From NCBI GenBank assembly GCA_040753135.1, contig JBFMGR010000001.1:59252-123251 (forward strand): a stretch of DNA of 64,000 nt. Direction: 5' to 3'. Below the pieces are notes generated by a model. That model ran no database searches and was not told the DNA's origin. It saw only the letters and a list, made by a program, of their open reading frames with translations. The position numbers and the translations under genes were made by a program. The first letter of the stretch is position 1; each line of letters starts with the position of its first letter. Shown here one piece after another: positions 1 to 8,618 of the stretch. This DNA comes from Patescibacteria group bacterium. GTDB lineage: Bacteria; Patescibacteriota; Minisyncoccia; UBA6257; Brennerbacteraceae.

Positions 1-821
1 AGGCAAGCGCTTTGGATAAAAAATTGTTTGACTATGATTCCTTGCAGGCGCGAGATGTAACTATGCGCAAGGTTGATATATTGACGAAAAAAGAGGAAGC
101 AAAAGAAGTGCTGGAATTTCCCTATGCTGACAATCCGCAGATGTATATTGCAAGCATTACTAACGCTGTTTTGAGATTTGCGAGAATCCCCGGGCATTTT
201 GACAAAGTCGCGCCGGAAGTCAAAGAATATATCGCGCAACATCTTTTCGGTAAAAAAGTTGACATTGCCAAACTTGAAACGCTGAAAAAACTTAATCACC
301 CCAAAGTGCGCGGCGCGATTGTTTCTGTTTTTGTTGACGCTATCAATAATTTGACGATTGTATCCGAGGAAGCGAAACTGGAAGAACGCAAAATGCGAGC
401 GTCCGAGATTAAACCGTTTCCGTGGACAAAAACAGCGGTGGCGGCGCAAAAATCCGTTTTGAACTTTACGCCCGTTGATAATGACTTTGAAGCAAAGTTT
501 GTGCGGTTTCTTGATGGCGCAACCGATGTTGACGCTTTTATCAAAAACGAAACAAGAACAATCAATCTAAAAATCTCCTATATCGCCAAGGACGGATTTT
601 TGCGTCGCTATATTCCGGACTTCATCGTCAAGATAAAAAGTGGTATGGTGATTGTAGAAACGAAAGGGCGGGAAGATGTGGACGTGGCGGCAAAGGATTT
701 ACAGGGCAAACGATGGGTTGACGAGGTAAGCAGGCGCACGAGAACAAAATGGACGTTTTTGCGCGTTAACCAAAGGGAATTTGAGAAAGCGAGGTATACT
801 AGGTTGATTGATTTAATATAG
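1..821 (+). CDS. C-terminal fragment of a restriction endonuclease subunit (type III Res-like; PD-(D/E)xK nuclease domain). The 5' end is truncated by the window start. The listed ORF begins at a TTG, but the frame is open back to position 3.
   Basis: Motif YIPDFIVKIK…VIVETKGRE matches a PD-(D/E)xK catalytic core. The reading frame stays open to the window edge. Confidence 0.4.
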   Translation, partial: ASALDKKLFDYDSLQARDVTMRKVDILTKKEEAKEVLEFPYADNPQMYIASITNAVLRFARIPGHFDKVAPEVKEYIAQHLFGKKVDIAKLETLKKLNHPKVRGAIVSVFVDAINNLTIVSEEAKLEERKMRASEIKPFPWTKTAVAAQKSVLNFTPVDNDFEAKFVRFLDGATDVDAFIKNETRTINLKISYIAKDGFLRRYIPDFIVKIKSGMVIVETKGREDVDVAAKDLQGKRWVDEVSRRTRTKWTFLRVNQREFEKARYTRLIDLI

Positions 822-838
822 AACCAATTTATATAATT

Positions 839-1339
839 ATGGATCCGGAAAATATCTTAAAAGGCAGAATGGCCGAGGCGCTGGTGAGCGAGATTTTGCG
901 CGAGGCAGGTAATCAGGTTTATCGTTTTGGCTATGAATCAATTTTACAGAACTTAACTCAAGTTGAAAAAGTTTTTGACAGAGAAACCGAGATTGGGGAG
1001 AAAATTCGTTCAATTCCGGATTTATTGGTGATTAACAAAGAAGGCAGGCCGTTCTTTATTGAGGTTAAATTTCGCTGGCAGCAAAAATGGCACGAAAATG
1101 ATTTCAAAATGTTGAAACGGCTGGAGAATTTTTGGGAGCCAATCATTGTTTTTGTAAATTGTTATGAAAAACCATATTTTCTTATTATCAAGGCGCCTTA
1201 TTATGATAAAAACAAAAAGCTGAAGGGTTTGCCGTTAGAAGAAACTAATTATTTTAATATCTCTAAAAGCGTTATTAAAAATTATAATGTTTTGGTGGAA
1301 AAATATTTGACCCCAACACTGAATAAAAATTCAGCATAA
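839..1339 (+). CDS. Hypothetical PD-(D/E)xK-type nuclease (Hjc/restriction-endonuclease-like fold).
   Basis: IPDLLVINKEGRPFFIEVKFR fits a D…E-x-K nuclease motif. The N-terminal GRMAEALVSEILREAGNQV helix resembles Hjc-like resolvases. Confidence 0.35.
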   Translation: MDPENILKGRMAEALVSEILREAGNQVYRFGYESILQNLTQVEKVFDRETEIGEKIRSIPDLLVINKEGRPFFIEVKFRWQQKWHENDFKMLKRLENFWEPIIVFVNCYEKPYFLIIKAPYYDKNKKLKGLPLEETNYFNISKSVIKNYNVLVEKYLTPTLNKNSA

Positions 1340-1343
1340 ATCT

Positions 1344-1709
1344 ATGGAGAGTTTTGAGGATTTTGAAACTAAGAATTTAAAATTTGACATTAAAAGCCTG
1401 AAAGGAACTAAGGCGAGTTTGCTGACGAGGATTTTGTTACGGTTTTGGCCAGAGAAGGGTATGATCTGGCTTGCCCGTGAACTTGGTTTGGCTACGGACT
1501 TGACTGAAAAAGCCAATGATTTATTTTCTAAAGTTAAAAGAGTTGAGATTGTGCCATCGGAGTCGTCTTTTGGTCGGGGTTTTAAAATTATTTTAGACAG
1601 GAATACCGCTTTGTATTTTGAGCAAGACGGCGATCATTTTGTTTATGATGGTCCAGAAATGGGAGAATACGAAAAAGGAGAGGTAACAATTTTTGATAAT
1701 CTAGAATAA
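1344..1709 (+). CDS. Hypothetical protein.
   Basis: 121-aa ORF with no recognisable motif; followed by a palindromic terminator. Confidence 0.3.
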   Translation: MESFEDFETKNLKFDIKSLKGTKASLLTRILLRFWPEKGMIWLARELGLATDLTEKANDLFSKVKRVEIVPSESSFGRGFKIILDRNTALYFEQDGDHFVYDGPEMGEYEKGEVTIFDNLE

Positions 1710-1727
1710 ATAAAATAAATATTAAAA

Positions 1728-1763
1728 TAACATTCCAACATTCTTAAGAATGTTGGAATGTTA
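1728..1763. terminator. Perfect palindrome taacattccaacattcttaagaatgttggaatgtta. It could act as a bidirectional terminator and/or an operator. This is copy 1 of 3.
   Basis: The perfect inverted repeat is read directly. It lies between the convergent ORF 1344–1709 (+) and the ArsR gene (−). Confidence 0.5.
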
Positions 1764-2028
1764 TTATGAATTTGACAAGCTCGTGGCCGTAAGGGGAAAG
1801 TGAATGTAATACGTTTCGCCCCTGATATTTTTTATTAACCAGCCCTGCTTGAACTAGTCTTCTGGTATGCTCGGAAATAGTTTTGATGTTGCAATTTAAT
1901 CTGTCTGCGATTTCTTCTACAGTTATCCCTTCAGTATTTTTGATCAATAATAGAATTTCAATCCGCCTGTGGTTCGCGATTCCTTTAAAATGCCGTTCTA
2001 ATTGTTTGCTTGTTTTAATTTTCTCCAT
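1744..2028 (-). CDS. ArsR/SmtB-family HTH transcriptional regulator. The listed ORF extends to a TTG at 2064, but the ATG at 2028 (MEKIK…) is the likelier start.
   Basis: HRRIEILLLI…ITVEEIADRLNCNIKTISEHTRRLVQAGLV is a typical ArsR winged-HTH signature. Confidence 0.7.
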   Translation of the reverse strand: MEKIKTSKQLERHFKGIANHRRIEILLLIKNTEGITVEEIADRLNCNIKTISEHTRRLVQAGLVNKKYQGRNVLHSLSPYGHELVKFIITFQHS

Positions 2029-2046
2029 AATTAAGATTATACAATG

Positions 2047-2080
2047 ATATTCCAATATTCTCAAGAATGTTGGAATGTTA
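2047..2080. promoter_or_regulatory. Copy 2 of the attccaa(c/t)attct(c/t)aagaatgttggaat palindrome, sitting in the promoter/5' region of the ArsR gene. It is a candidate autoregulatory operator.
   Basis: Near-perfect inverted repeat (1 mismatch) immediately upstream of the ArsR start codon. Confidence 0.4.
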
Positions 2081-2131
2081 AGGATGAGTCCGGATACTAT
2101 TTCAAGAACAGATCGAAAAAGTTAAAAATTT

Positions 2132-2195
2132 GTCGGGTCGGGGAGAATCGCTCCGTTAGGCAACGGGGCGCCCTGTCGCCTGACAGGGCGAACTC
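2132..2195 (-). other. Orphan 3' piece of tRNA-Pro: GAGTTCG, two hairpins, then ATTCTCCCCGACCCGACA (T-loop 3' half, T-stem and acceptor 3' strand).
   Basis: Identical, apart from one base, to the hairpin-containing segment at 2592–2640. It ends with the tRNA-Pro acceptor 3' strand. Confidence 0.6.
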
Positions 2196-2232
2196 GGATT
2201 GCGCTTTCAAAAAGGATCGGGAGGGTCAATTA

Positions 2233-2307
2233 TGGTCGGGTCGGGGAGAATCGAACTCCCATCGCAGGACCCCCAGCCCTGCATACTAACCATTGTACTA
2301 CGACCCG
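2233..2307 (-). tRNA. tRNA-Pro (anticodon GGG), intact, with CCA encoded.
   Basis: A manual cloverleaf gives acceptor CGGGTCG/CGACCCG, D-stem GTAC/GTAT, anticodon loop CTGGGGG, T-arm GGGAG-TTCGATT-CTCCC, discriminator A and CCA. Confidence 0.8.
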
Positions 2308-2570
2308 ATTGATTTTAATTTTTTAAGCGCTTCTCGATATTGTTTATTAAATAATCGTTTTCCTTCTGTTGTTTTCAAAAACCGTTCCCTTCTTCTGGCG
2401 TCGTTTTCATTTTGATAAGCTTCGTATCCGATAAAAGAAATTGGCCTTCTGTGTTTTGTTGATTTAACTTTGCCGCGTTTGTGTTCTTCAATTCTTTCCC
2501 GCAACCGCTTTGTTAAACCAGTGTAAACCTGATTATTTTTTAAAAGAAGAAAATAAACATAAGTAAACAT
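2298..2570 (-). CDS. GIY-YIG nuclease family protein (UPF0213/YhbQ-like, ~91 aa). Its last codons overlap the 5' end of tRNA-Pro.
   Basis: The N-terminus MFTYVYFLLLKNNQVYTGLTKRLRERIEEH…YEAYQNENDARRRERFLK carries GIY…YIG/R/E hallmarks. The ATG at 2570 follows the hairpin region. Confidence 0.75.
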   Translation of the reverse strand: MFTYVYFLLLKNNQVYTGLTKRLRERIEEHKRGKVKSTKHRRPISFIGYEAYQNENDARRRERFLKTTEGKRLFNKQYREALKKLKSIGS

Positions 2571-2591
2571 AGATGATACTTTATAAGGAAT

Positions 2592-2687
2592 CGCCCCGTT
2601 AGGCAACGGGGCGCCCTGTCGCCTGACAGGGCGAACTCCCATCGCAGGACCCCCAGCCCTGCATACTAACCATTGTACTACGACCCG
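2592..2687 (-). pseudogene. Second tRNA-Pro 5' portion (acceptor through the 5' T-stem plus TTCG), then two tandem hairpins (ccctgtcaggcgacaggg and cgccccgttgcctaacggggcg) in place of the rest of the T-loop. A split or interrupted tRNA-Pro copy.
   Basis: 2636–2687 is identical to the 5' 52 nt of the intact tRNA-Pro; 2592–2631 are two perfect stem-loops. Confidence 0.6.
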
Positions 2688-2777
2688 ATAGATTTTTTTG
2701 AATTATGAATTATAAATAATGAATGATGAGTAATGAATTGAGAATGTTCTTTTTATAATAATAGAATTTTTTAAACT

Positions 2778-2803
2778 AAAAAACCAGCAAGCGCTGGTTT
2801 TTT
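2778..2803. terminator. Hairpin aaaaaccagcaagcgctggttttt, the terminator for mgtC-like (−).
   Basis: GC stem flanked by A/T runs, immediately 3' of the minus-strand ORF 2871–3338. Confidence 0.5.
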
Positions 2804-2870
2804 AGTTTTTGTTATATTGAAAATTTGAATTTAAGATTTTATTTAGAAATTAGAAATTAGGAATTTTCCT

Positions 2871-3338
2871 TTAGTATTCATCTTCAGAGATTTTGAGCTG
2901 TTTTTCCAAACGCCACAAAATAATTAAAACAAATAAAACAATTAAGGTCGCGGTAATTGCCGAAATATAAGCGCCTAAACCAACCGCGGCGCCGATGGCT
3001 GAAGAAACCCAGACCGTGGCCGCGGTGGTCAAGCCGTGAAGTTTTTTCTCGTGGAAGATAATCAAGCCCGCGCCCAAAAAGCCCAAGCCGACAATCAGCT
3101 GGCTTAAGACCCGGGTTGGGTCAATTGAGGCGCCAACAAGATTAAACCAGTATTTAGGAATAATGTCATTGCCTAAAATCACAAACAAGGCGCTGCCCAA
3201 AGAAACTAAAGAAAAGGTCCGCAAGCCCGCTTCTTTGTGGGAAAGCCGCCTTTCCAAACCAATCAGCATTCCCAAAACCGTAGCTAAGATCAGTTTTAAA
3301 ACAATTTCTTTTTCAGTGATGAACAAAAAATTAGGCAT
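2871..3338 (-). CDS. mgtC: MgtC/SapB family membrane protein.
   Basis: GLRT…IDPTRV…LIVGLGFLGAG…GLTTAATVW…AIGAAVGLG are MgtC family signatures; multiple transmembrane segments. Confidence 0.65.
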   Translation of the reverse strand: MPNFLFITEKEIVLKLILATVLGMLIGLERRLSHKEAGLRTFSLVSLGSALFVILGNDIIPKYWFNLVGASIDPTRVLSQLIVGLGFLGAGLIIFHEKKLHGLTTAATVWVSSAIGAAVGLGAYISAITATLIVLFVLIILWRLEKQLKISEDEY

Positions 3339-3525
3339 TGAGTTTTTTCTTGTGAGTTCTAAAGCACTGGGCGCAAGCCTTGACCCGCTTGCCTGACGCC
3401 AAAGTCAGCCATTGAAGATTGGGATATTTTCTGGTTTTTACGGTTGGGTTGTAATTGCCGCGCAAAAGCTTTCTTTTGCCAACCATTTTTGAGCCTTTGC
3501 CGCAGATTTGACAGACGCGAGCCAT
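3331..3525 (-). CDS. rpmB: 50S ribosomal protein L28.
   Basis: MARVCQICGKG…LRGNYNPT…KYPNLQ…GKRVKACAQCFR. Confidence 0.8.
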   Translation of the reverse strand: MARVCQICGKGSKMVGKRKLLRGNYNPTVKTRKYPNLQWLTLASGKRVKACAQCFRTHKKKLNA

Positions 3526-3926
3526 AATGATAAATGATGAATGATGAATTATGAATTAAGAGTGATGAATTAGGGAGTTTTGAGAATTATTAATAATATA
3601 CTTTAAATTAGGGGAATAATCAAGGAGCAATCTCTAATATACCAATCTGGGCAAATATACAAATTTAGCAGCGCGTTGCTTTATTATTTATAAATCCATT
3701 AAGAATTTAAATTCGCAAATTGAAAACTGCAAATTAAATTAATTTTAATTTATGCCCCGTTGTTGGAAACTCATCTGTATGGCGGGATAGGGTTTTATTG
3801 CTTCATTGCTTCATTGCTCTGTCCTACCAATTTACTAATCAATACTAATTATACTAATAAATTCATTGGTAGATATTAGCAACAATTGGTAAATTAGTGG
3901 GGCTCTATTAAAAATAATCTCGCTTC

Positions 3927-3959
3927 GTCTCGTTATGCGAGATTTAGCGTAGCTACGAC
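3927..3959. repeat. 33-nt element gtctcgttatgcgagatttagcgtagctacgac. An inverted, near-identical copy lies at 46304–46336.
   Basis: Direct comparison: the reverse complement of 46304–46336 differs at 2 positions. It contains the nested palindromes tctcg…cgaga and gtagctac. Confidence 0.6.
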
Positions 3960-4038
3960 GAGATCCGATAAAGCCAGAAAAATTGAAAGCTGCTTAGAAA
4001 TTAGGAATTGGAAATTGGGAATTATGCTATAGTATTTT

Positions 4039-4668
4039 ATGCTGACCTTGTTTTACTTTATTGTTTTTATCTTTTCTGCAGTGATTCACGAGATTTCCCA
4101 TGGCTATGCGGCTAAAGCTTTGGGCGATGACACGGCCGAACGTTCCGGACGGCTGACTCTGAATCCGGTTTCCCATTTAGATTTATTCGGCTCGGTGATT
4201 TTGCCGCTGATGTTTTATTTAACCTCAAAATTAGCCGGCGGATTTGGGATTATTCTTGGTTGGGCCAAACCGGTGCCGTATAATCCGTTTAATTTAAAAA
4301 ACCCGAAAAAAGGCGCTTTGCTGATTGCTCTGGCCGGGCCGATGTCTAATTTTTCTTTGGCTTTGCTTTTAAGCAGTTTGTTTCGTTTGGGCTTGATTGG
4401 ATTTAACAGCGCTTTGGGCGAGTTGTTGGCGATTATCATTCTGATTAACTTAATGCTTGGTATTTTTAATCTGGTGCCGATCCCGCCATTGGACGGCTCA
4501 AAAGTTTTATTCGGGCTTTTGCCGGCGTCTTGGTATAAATTGGAAGAGTTTTTAAACCAGTATAGTTTGATTATTTTTTTGATGTTTTTGTTTTGGGGCA
4601 TTGGCATTGTCGGATTTTTGGTTGGCTGGCTGTTTCAGCTTTTGACCGGGATTGGTTTGGGGGTTTAG
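4039..4668 (+). CDS. Site-2 protease family (peptidase M50) membrane metalloprotease.
   Basis: HEISHG zinc motif and NLVPIPPLDG motif; multi-pass membrane protein. Confidence 0.65.
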   Translation: MLTLFYFIVFIFSAVIHEISHGYAAKALGDDTAERSGRLTLNPVSHLDLFGSVILPLMFYLTSKLAGGFGIILGWAKPVPYNPFNLKNPKKGALLIALAGPMSNFSLALLLSSLFRLGLIGFNSALGELLAIIILINLMLGIFNLVPIPPLDGSKVLFGLLPASWYKLEEFLNQYSLIIFLMFLFWGIGIVGFLVGWLFQLLTGIGLGV

Positions 4669-4890
4669 CCCCGCACTGAATTTTTGGCAGTGGCTCAGCG
4701 CTTTTTGTTGATTGCTTATAAGCATTGATGATGCTTGATAAAGGAGTTAAACCAATCCTGGATTATTTTATTAGGTTTCAGCTTCGCTACAAAAAGCTGC
4801 CAAAAATCTAGTCCGGGGTTGATTTCTGCTTTTATTTTTGATAATCTTTAAAAAGCCGTTTGGGTTGATTTTTTTTATCTTTATAAAAAG

Positions 4891-5313
4891 ATGCCAACAG
4901 TCAGACAATTAATTAAAAAAGGCAGAAAGCCGATTGTTAAAAAAACTAAAAGCGTGGCTCTGCGACGCTATTTTAACCCATTGAAAAATCGGTATAAAGC
5001 GGCGCCGTCGCCGTTCAAGCGCGGTGTCTGCACTAAGGTTTTTGCCACGACTCCGAAAAAACCAAACTCGGCTTTGAGAAAAGTGGCTCGGGTCAGGTTA
5101 ACCAATGGCATGGAAGTAACTGCTTATATTCCGGGCGAGGGCCATAATCTCCAAGAGCATTCAGTGGTGGTAATTCGGGGCGGCCGGGTTAAAGACTTGC
5201 CCGGAGTCCGCTACCATGTTGTCCGGGGCGTGCTTGACACCACTGGAGTCGGCAAGAGAAAACAGCAGCGTTCTAAATACGGCGCCAAGAAAGAGAAAGC
5301 CAAAACCGAGTAA
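4891..5313 (+). CDS. rpsL: 30S ribosomal protein S12.
   Basis: [12 protein letters not shown]…KRGVCTKV…[19 protein letters not shown]…. Confidence 0.9.
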   Translation: MPTVRQLIKKGRKPIVKKTKSVALRRYFNPLKNRYKAAPSPFKRGVCTKVFATTPKKPNSALRKVARVRLTNGMEVTAYIPGEGHNLQEHSVVVIRGGRVKDLPGVRYHVVRGVLDTTGVGKRKQQRSKYGAKKEKAKTE

Positions 5314-5443
5314 GGTTACTAATATACTAATTTGTACCAATAACTACTTATTTATAAATTATAAATCTTTGTGGAAGAATTAATTAGTTCAGGCCTATTA
5401 GTATAATTAGTATTGATTAGTAAATTGGTAGGCGATTTATACT

Positions 5444-5911
5444 ATGAGGAGAAAAGTCGATTACAAAAGAAAATATCAGCCGGATCCAAAATACCAAAGC
5501 CAGTTGGTCGGCCGGTTTATTAATCAGATAATGAGAAAGGGCAAGAAAACTGTTGCCCAGAGGGTTGTTTATCAAACTTTTGATTTGGTTGAAAAGCAAG
5601 CCAAGCAAGAGCCGTTGGCTGTGTTTGAGCAGGCGATTAAAAATGTCTCGCCTTTTTTAGAAGTTAAATCAAAGAGAATTGGCGGGGCGAATTATCAGGT
5701 GCCGGTTGAAGTCCAGGGCGAGAGAAAAATTACTTTAGCAATGCGCTGGATTCTTCAGGCGAGCCGGTCAAGAAAAGGCAAGGCGATGGCAGAAAAATTG
5801 GCTGAAGAGCTGATTCAGGCGTCTCATAATGAAGGCGCGGCAATCAAGAAAAGAACTGACGTCCAGAAAATGGCTGAAGCCAACCGGGCCTTTGCGCACT
5901 TCGCTCGATAG
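5444..5911 (+). CDS. rpsG: 30S ribosomal protein S7.
   Basis: YQSQLVGRFINQIMRKGKKTVAQRVVY…EVKSKRIGGANYQVPVEV. Confidence 0.9.
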   Translation: MRRKVDYKRKYQPDPKYQSQLVGRFINQIMRKGKKTVAQRVVYQTFDLVEKQAKQEPLAVFEQAIKNVSPFLEVKSKRIGGANYQVPVEVQGERKITLAMRWILQASRSRKGKAMAEKLAEELIQASHNEGAAIKKRTDVQKMAEANRAFAHFAR

Positions 5912-5957
5912 ATAGCCTACTAATGTACTAATCTTTACCAATGGTACTAATTTTATA

Positions 5958-6356
5958 ATGGCAGACAGCAGTAAAAAGATAATTGATTTAGTTTATCCTG
6001 AATTAAGTTATAAAATAGTCGGAATTTTGTTTACAGTGTTTAATGAATTGGGTTATGGTTATCAAGAAAAATATTATCAGAAGGCAATTGCTAAAGTTTT
6101 GGGAGACAACAAAATTTATTTCAGGGAACAGGTTTATTTGCCCCTTGAGTTTAATGGGGAGGGAATTGGAAATTATTATTTAGATTTTTTAATAGAAAAT
6201 AAACTAATCTTGGAGATTAAGAGGGGTGATCGATTTTTAAAAAGAAATATTGAACAAGTTTATTCTTATCTGAAAAGATCTAATCTGCGGCTGGGCATTA
6301 TTGCCAATTTTACCAAACAAGGCCTAAGATTTAAACGAATCGTAAATATAAAATAG
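5958..6356 (+). CDS. GxxExxY family protein (PD-(D/E)xK-related), inserted between rpsG and fusA.
   Basis: Literal G-YQ-E-KY-Y motif (ELGYGYQEKYYQKAI); ~130 aa as is typical for this family. Confidence 0.7.
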   Translation: MADSSKKIIDLVYPELSYKIVGILFTVFNELGYGYQEKYYQKAIAKVLGDNKIYFREQVYLPLEFNGEGIGNYYLDFLIENKLILEIKRGDRFLKRNIEQVYSYLKRSNLRLGIIANFTKQGLRFKRIVNIK

Positions 6357-6400
6357 TTAATTAGTAAAATTAGTATTTATTAGTATATTAGTAGGGCTTT

Positions 6401-8509
6401 ATGAGGGAATACAGTTTAGAAAAAACCAGAGATATCGGGATTATCGCCCATATTGATGCCGGCAAAACTACGGTTACCGAGCGGGTTTTGTATTACACTG
6501 GGATTACCCATAAAATTGGCGAGGTTCATGAGGGCGAGGCGACTATGGATTGGATGGTTCAGGAACGGGAGCGGGGGATTACGATTACTGCCGCGGCAAC
6601 AACTTGTTTTTGGACCCAGACCTATAAAGAAAAAGGCGACAAACCGGAGTTTAGAATTAATATTATTGACACTCCCGGGCATATTGATTTTACGGTTGAG
6701 GTCCAACGGTCTTTAAGAGTCTTAGACGGCGCAGTGGTGGTTTTTGACGGAGTTCAGGGGGTTGAGCCCCAGTCGGAAACTGTCTGGCGCCAAGCAGATT
6801 TGTTCAAAGTGCCGCGAATCTGTTTTATTAATAAGCTTGACCGTTTGGGCGCTGATTTTGATGCCTCGCTGGCTTCGATTCGCGAACGTTTAACTCCGAA
6901 TGCAGTGCCGATTCAGCTTAATATTGGTTTGGAAAACGATTTTGCCGGCGTGATTGATTTGATCAGAATGAAAGCAGTCAAAACCGAAGGCGAGAGAGGG
7001 GAAAGTTTAGTGATTGAAGAGATACCGGAAAACTTAAAGGAAAAAGCGGTTCAGGCTCGGCAGAAGATGGTTGAAAAAGCCGCAGAACAGGACGATGCTT
7101 TATTGGAGAAATATTTATCCGGCGAAGAGCTGGCCGAAGACGAGATTAGATTGGGTTTGAGAAAGGGTTGTTTAGCTTATAAACTGGTGCCGGTGTTTTG
7201 CGGTTCGGCTTTGAAAAATAAGGGCGTCCAGCTTTTATTGGACGCAGTGGTTGATTTTCTGCCTTCACCAATTGATCTGAAGGAGATTAAGCCGATTAAA
7301 GGGATTGATCCGAAAACAGAACAAGAGATTATTCGCCAGCCCGCAGATGATGAGCCGTTGGCTGCTTTGGCGTTTAAAGTCGCTTCAGACCCGTTTGTCG
7401 GCAGTCTGGTTTATTTTCGGGTTTACTCTGGAGCTCTAAAGCGCGGCAGTTATGTTTATAATGCGACCAAACAAGAACAGGAAAGAATCGGCCGAATTTT
7501 GAGGATGCACGCCAACCATCGGGAAGAAGTTGACGAGGTTTATAGCGGCGACATTGCTGCGTTAGTTGGGATGAAGAACACTACGACCGGAGATACTCTT
7601 TGCGATGTTGACCACCAGATTCTTTTGGAACGGCCGACTTTTCCTGAACCGGTTATCTCAATGAAGATTGAGCCGAAAACCAAAGCGGACCAGGAAAAGA
7701 TGGGCATTGTTTTAAGAAAGCTGCAAGAAGAAGACCCGACTTTCAAAGTCAGGACCGATGAAGAAACTTTGGAAACCATTATTGCCGGTATGGGCGAGCT
7801 TCATTTAGATGTTTGGGTTGACCGGATGAAACGGGAGTTCGGCGTTGAGGTTAATGTTGGCAAACCTCAGGTGGCTTATCGGGAGACAGTCAAAAGTGAA
7901 GCCAAAGAAGAAGGCAAGTATATCCGCCAGTCAGGCGGTCGGGGTCAGTACGGCCATGTTTGGCTTGAAGTTAAGCCAATGGAGCGAGGCGAAGGATTTA
8001 AGTTTAATAATTTAATCAAGGGCGGAGCGATCCCGAATGAGTTTATTCCGGCAGTGGAAAAAGGCGTTAAAGAGGCAATGGACAAAGGCGTTTTAGCCGG
8101 CTATCCAATCACTGATATTGAGGTCAGTTTGTATGATGGCTCTTTTCATGAAGTTGATTCATCTGAAGCCGCGTTTAAGATTGCCGGCTCAATCGCTTTT
8201 CAAGGAGCAGTGAAAAAGGCTAATTTAGTTATGCTTGAGCCGATGATGAAGATTGAAGTCTTGGTGCCGGATAAATTTTTGGGCGATGTGACCGGAGATT
8301 TAAGTTCTAAACGGGCAAGAATAGAAAAAATGGGCGAGCGGGCTAACCTTAAGGTGGTTGACGCAATGGTGCCTTTGTCAGAGATGTTTGGTTATGCAAC
8401 GAAATTAAGATCAATGACTGAAGGCCGGGGAACTTTTACGATGGAGTTTGACCATTACGAAGAAGTGCCTAAAAACATCGAGGAGCAGATTGTTGCCGGC
8501 AGGAAGTGA
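6401..8509 (+). CDS. fusA: Elongation factor G.
   Basis: [22 protein letters not shown] GTPase motifs; 702 aa. Confidence 0.95.
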   Translation: MREYSLEKTRDIGIIAHIDAGKTTVTERVLYYTGITHKIGEVHEGEATMDWMVQERERGITITAAATTCFWTQTYKEKGDKPEFRINIIDTPGHIDFTVEVQRSLRVLDGAVVVFDGVQGVEPQSETVWRQADLFKVPRICFINKLDRLGADFDASLASIRERLTPNAVPIQLNIGLENDFAGVIDLIRMKAVKTEGERGESLVIEEIPENLKEKAVQARQKMVEKAAEQDDALLEKYLSGEELAEDEIRLGLRKGCLAYKLVPVFCGSALKNKGVQLLLDAVVDFLPSPIDLKEIKPIKGIDPKTEQEIIRQPADDEPLAALAFKVASDPFVGSLVYFRVYSGALKRGSYVYNATKQEQERIGRILRMHANHREEVDEVYSGDIAALVGMKNTTTGDTLCDVDHQILLERPTFPEPVISMKIEPKTKADQEKMGIVLRKLQEEDPTFKVRTDEETLETIIAGMGELHLDVWVDRMKREFGVEVNVGKPQVAYRETVKSEAKEEGKYIRQSGGRGQYGHVWLEVKPMERGEGFKFNNLIKGGAIPNEFIPAVEKGVKEAMDKGVLAGYPITDIEVSLYDGSFHEVDSSEAAFKIAGSIAFQGAVKKANLVMLEPMMKIEVLVPDKFLGDVTGDLSSKRARIEKMGERANLKVVDAMVPLSEMFGYATKLRSMTEGRGTFTMEFDHYEEVPKNIEEQIVAGRK

Positions 8510-8618
8510 AGCTAAAAATCAGCAGCAATCTTAAGCAGGAATGATTGACTTTTACCTGTTTTTAAGCTAATATACATACAAAATTTATTAATTATTAAAA
8601 GCAAAGAACAAATTAAAT

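Noticed and set aside
296-565. The numerous 60–150-aa antisense ORFs inside fusA, tuf, dnaK, groEL, dnaB, cysS, secY and other large genes (for example 296–565, 4215–4607, 6416–6706, 38218–38646, 44445–44906, 52888–53344).
   Set aside because: All are embedded in and antisense or out-of-frame to strongly supported conserved genes. None has a recognisable domain or an independent ribosome-binding-site context.
2044-2289. 81-aa plus-strand ORF across the tRNA-Pro fragment region.
   Set aside because: It overlaps the tRNA and its hairpin repeats on the opposite strand, has Arg/Gly-rich composition from the GC-rich stems, and shows no motif. It is a shadow ORF.
2592-2642. Treating MGVRPVRRQGAPLPNGAIPYKVSS as the N-terminus of the GIY-YIG protein (ORF start at 2642).
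   Set aside because: Those codons are the translation of the two GC-rich hairpins and the tRNA T-stem. The conserved GIY-YIG fold starts at the internal ATG (MFTYVY) at 2570.
3526-4038. Searched the 510-nt rpmB/M50-protease divergent spacer for RNase P RNA, tmRNA or SRP RNA.
   Set aside because: No conserved core motif of these RNAs was found (for example the tmRNA tRNA-like ends or the RNase P GGAAAGUCCGG motif). The region is composed of the word-like repeats and short palindromes instead.
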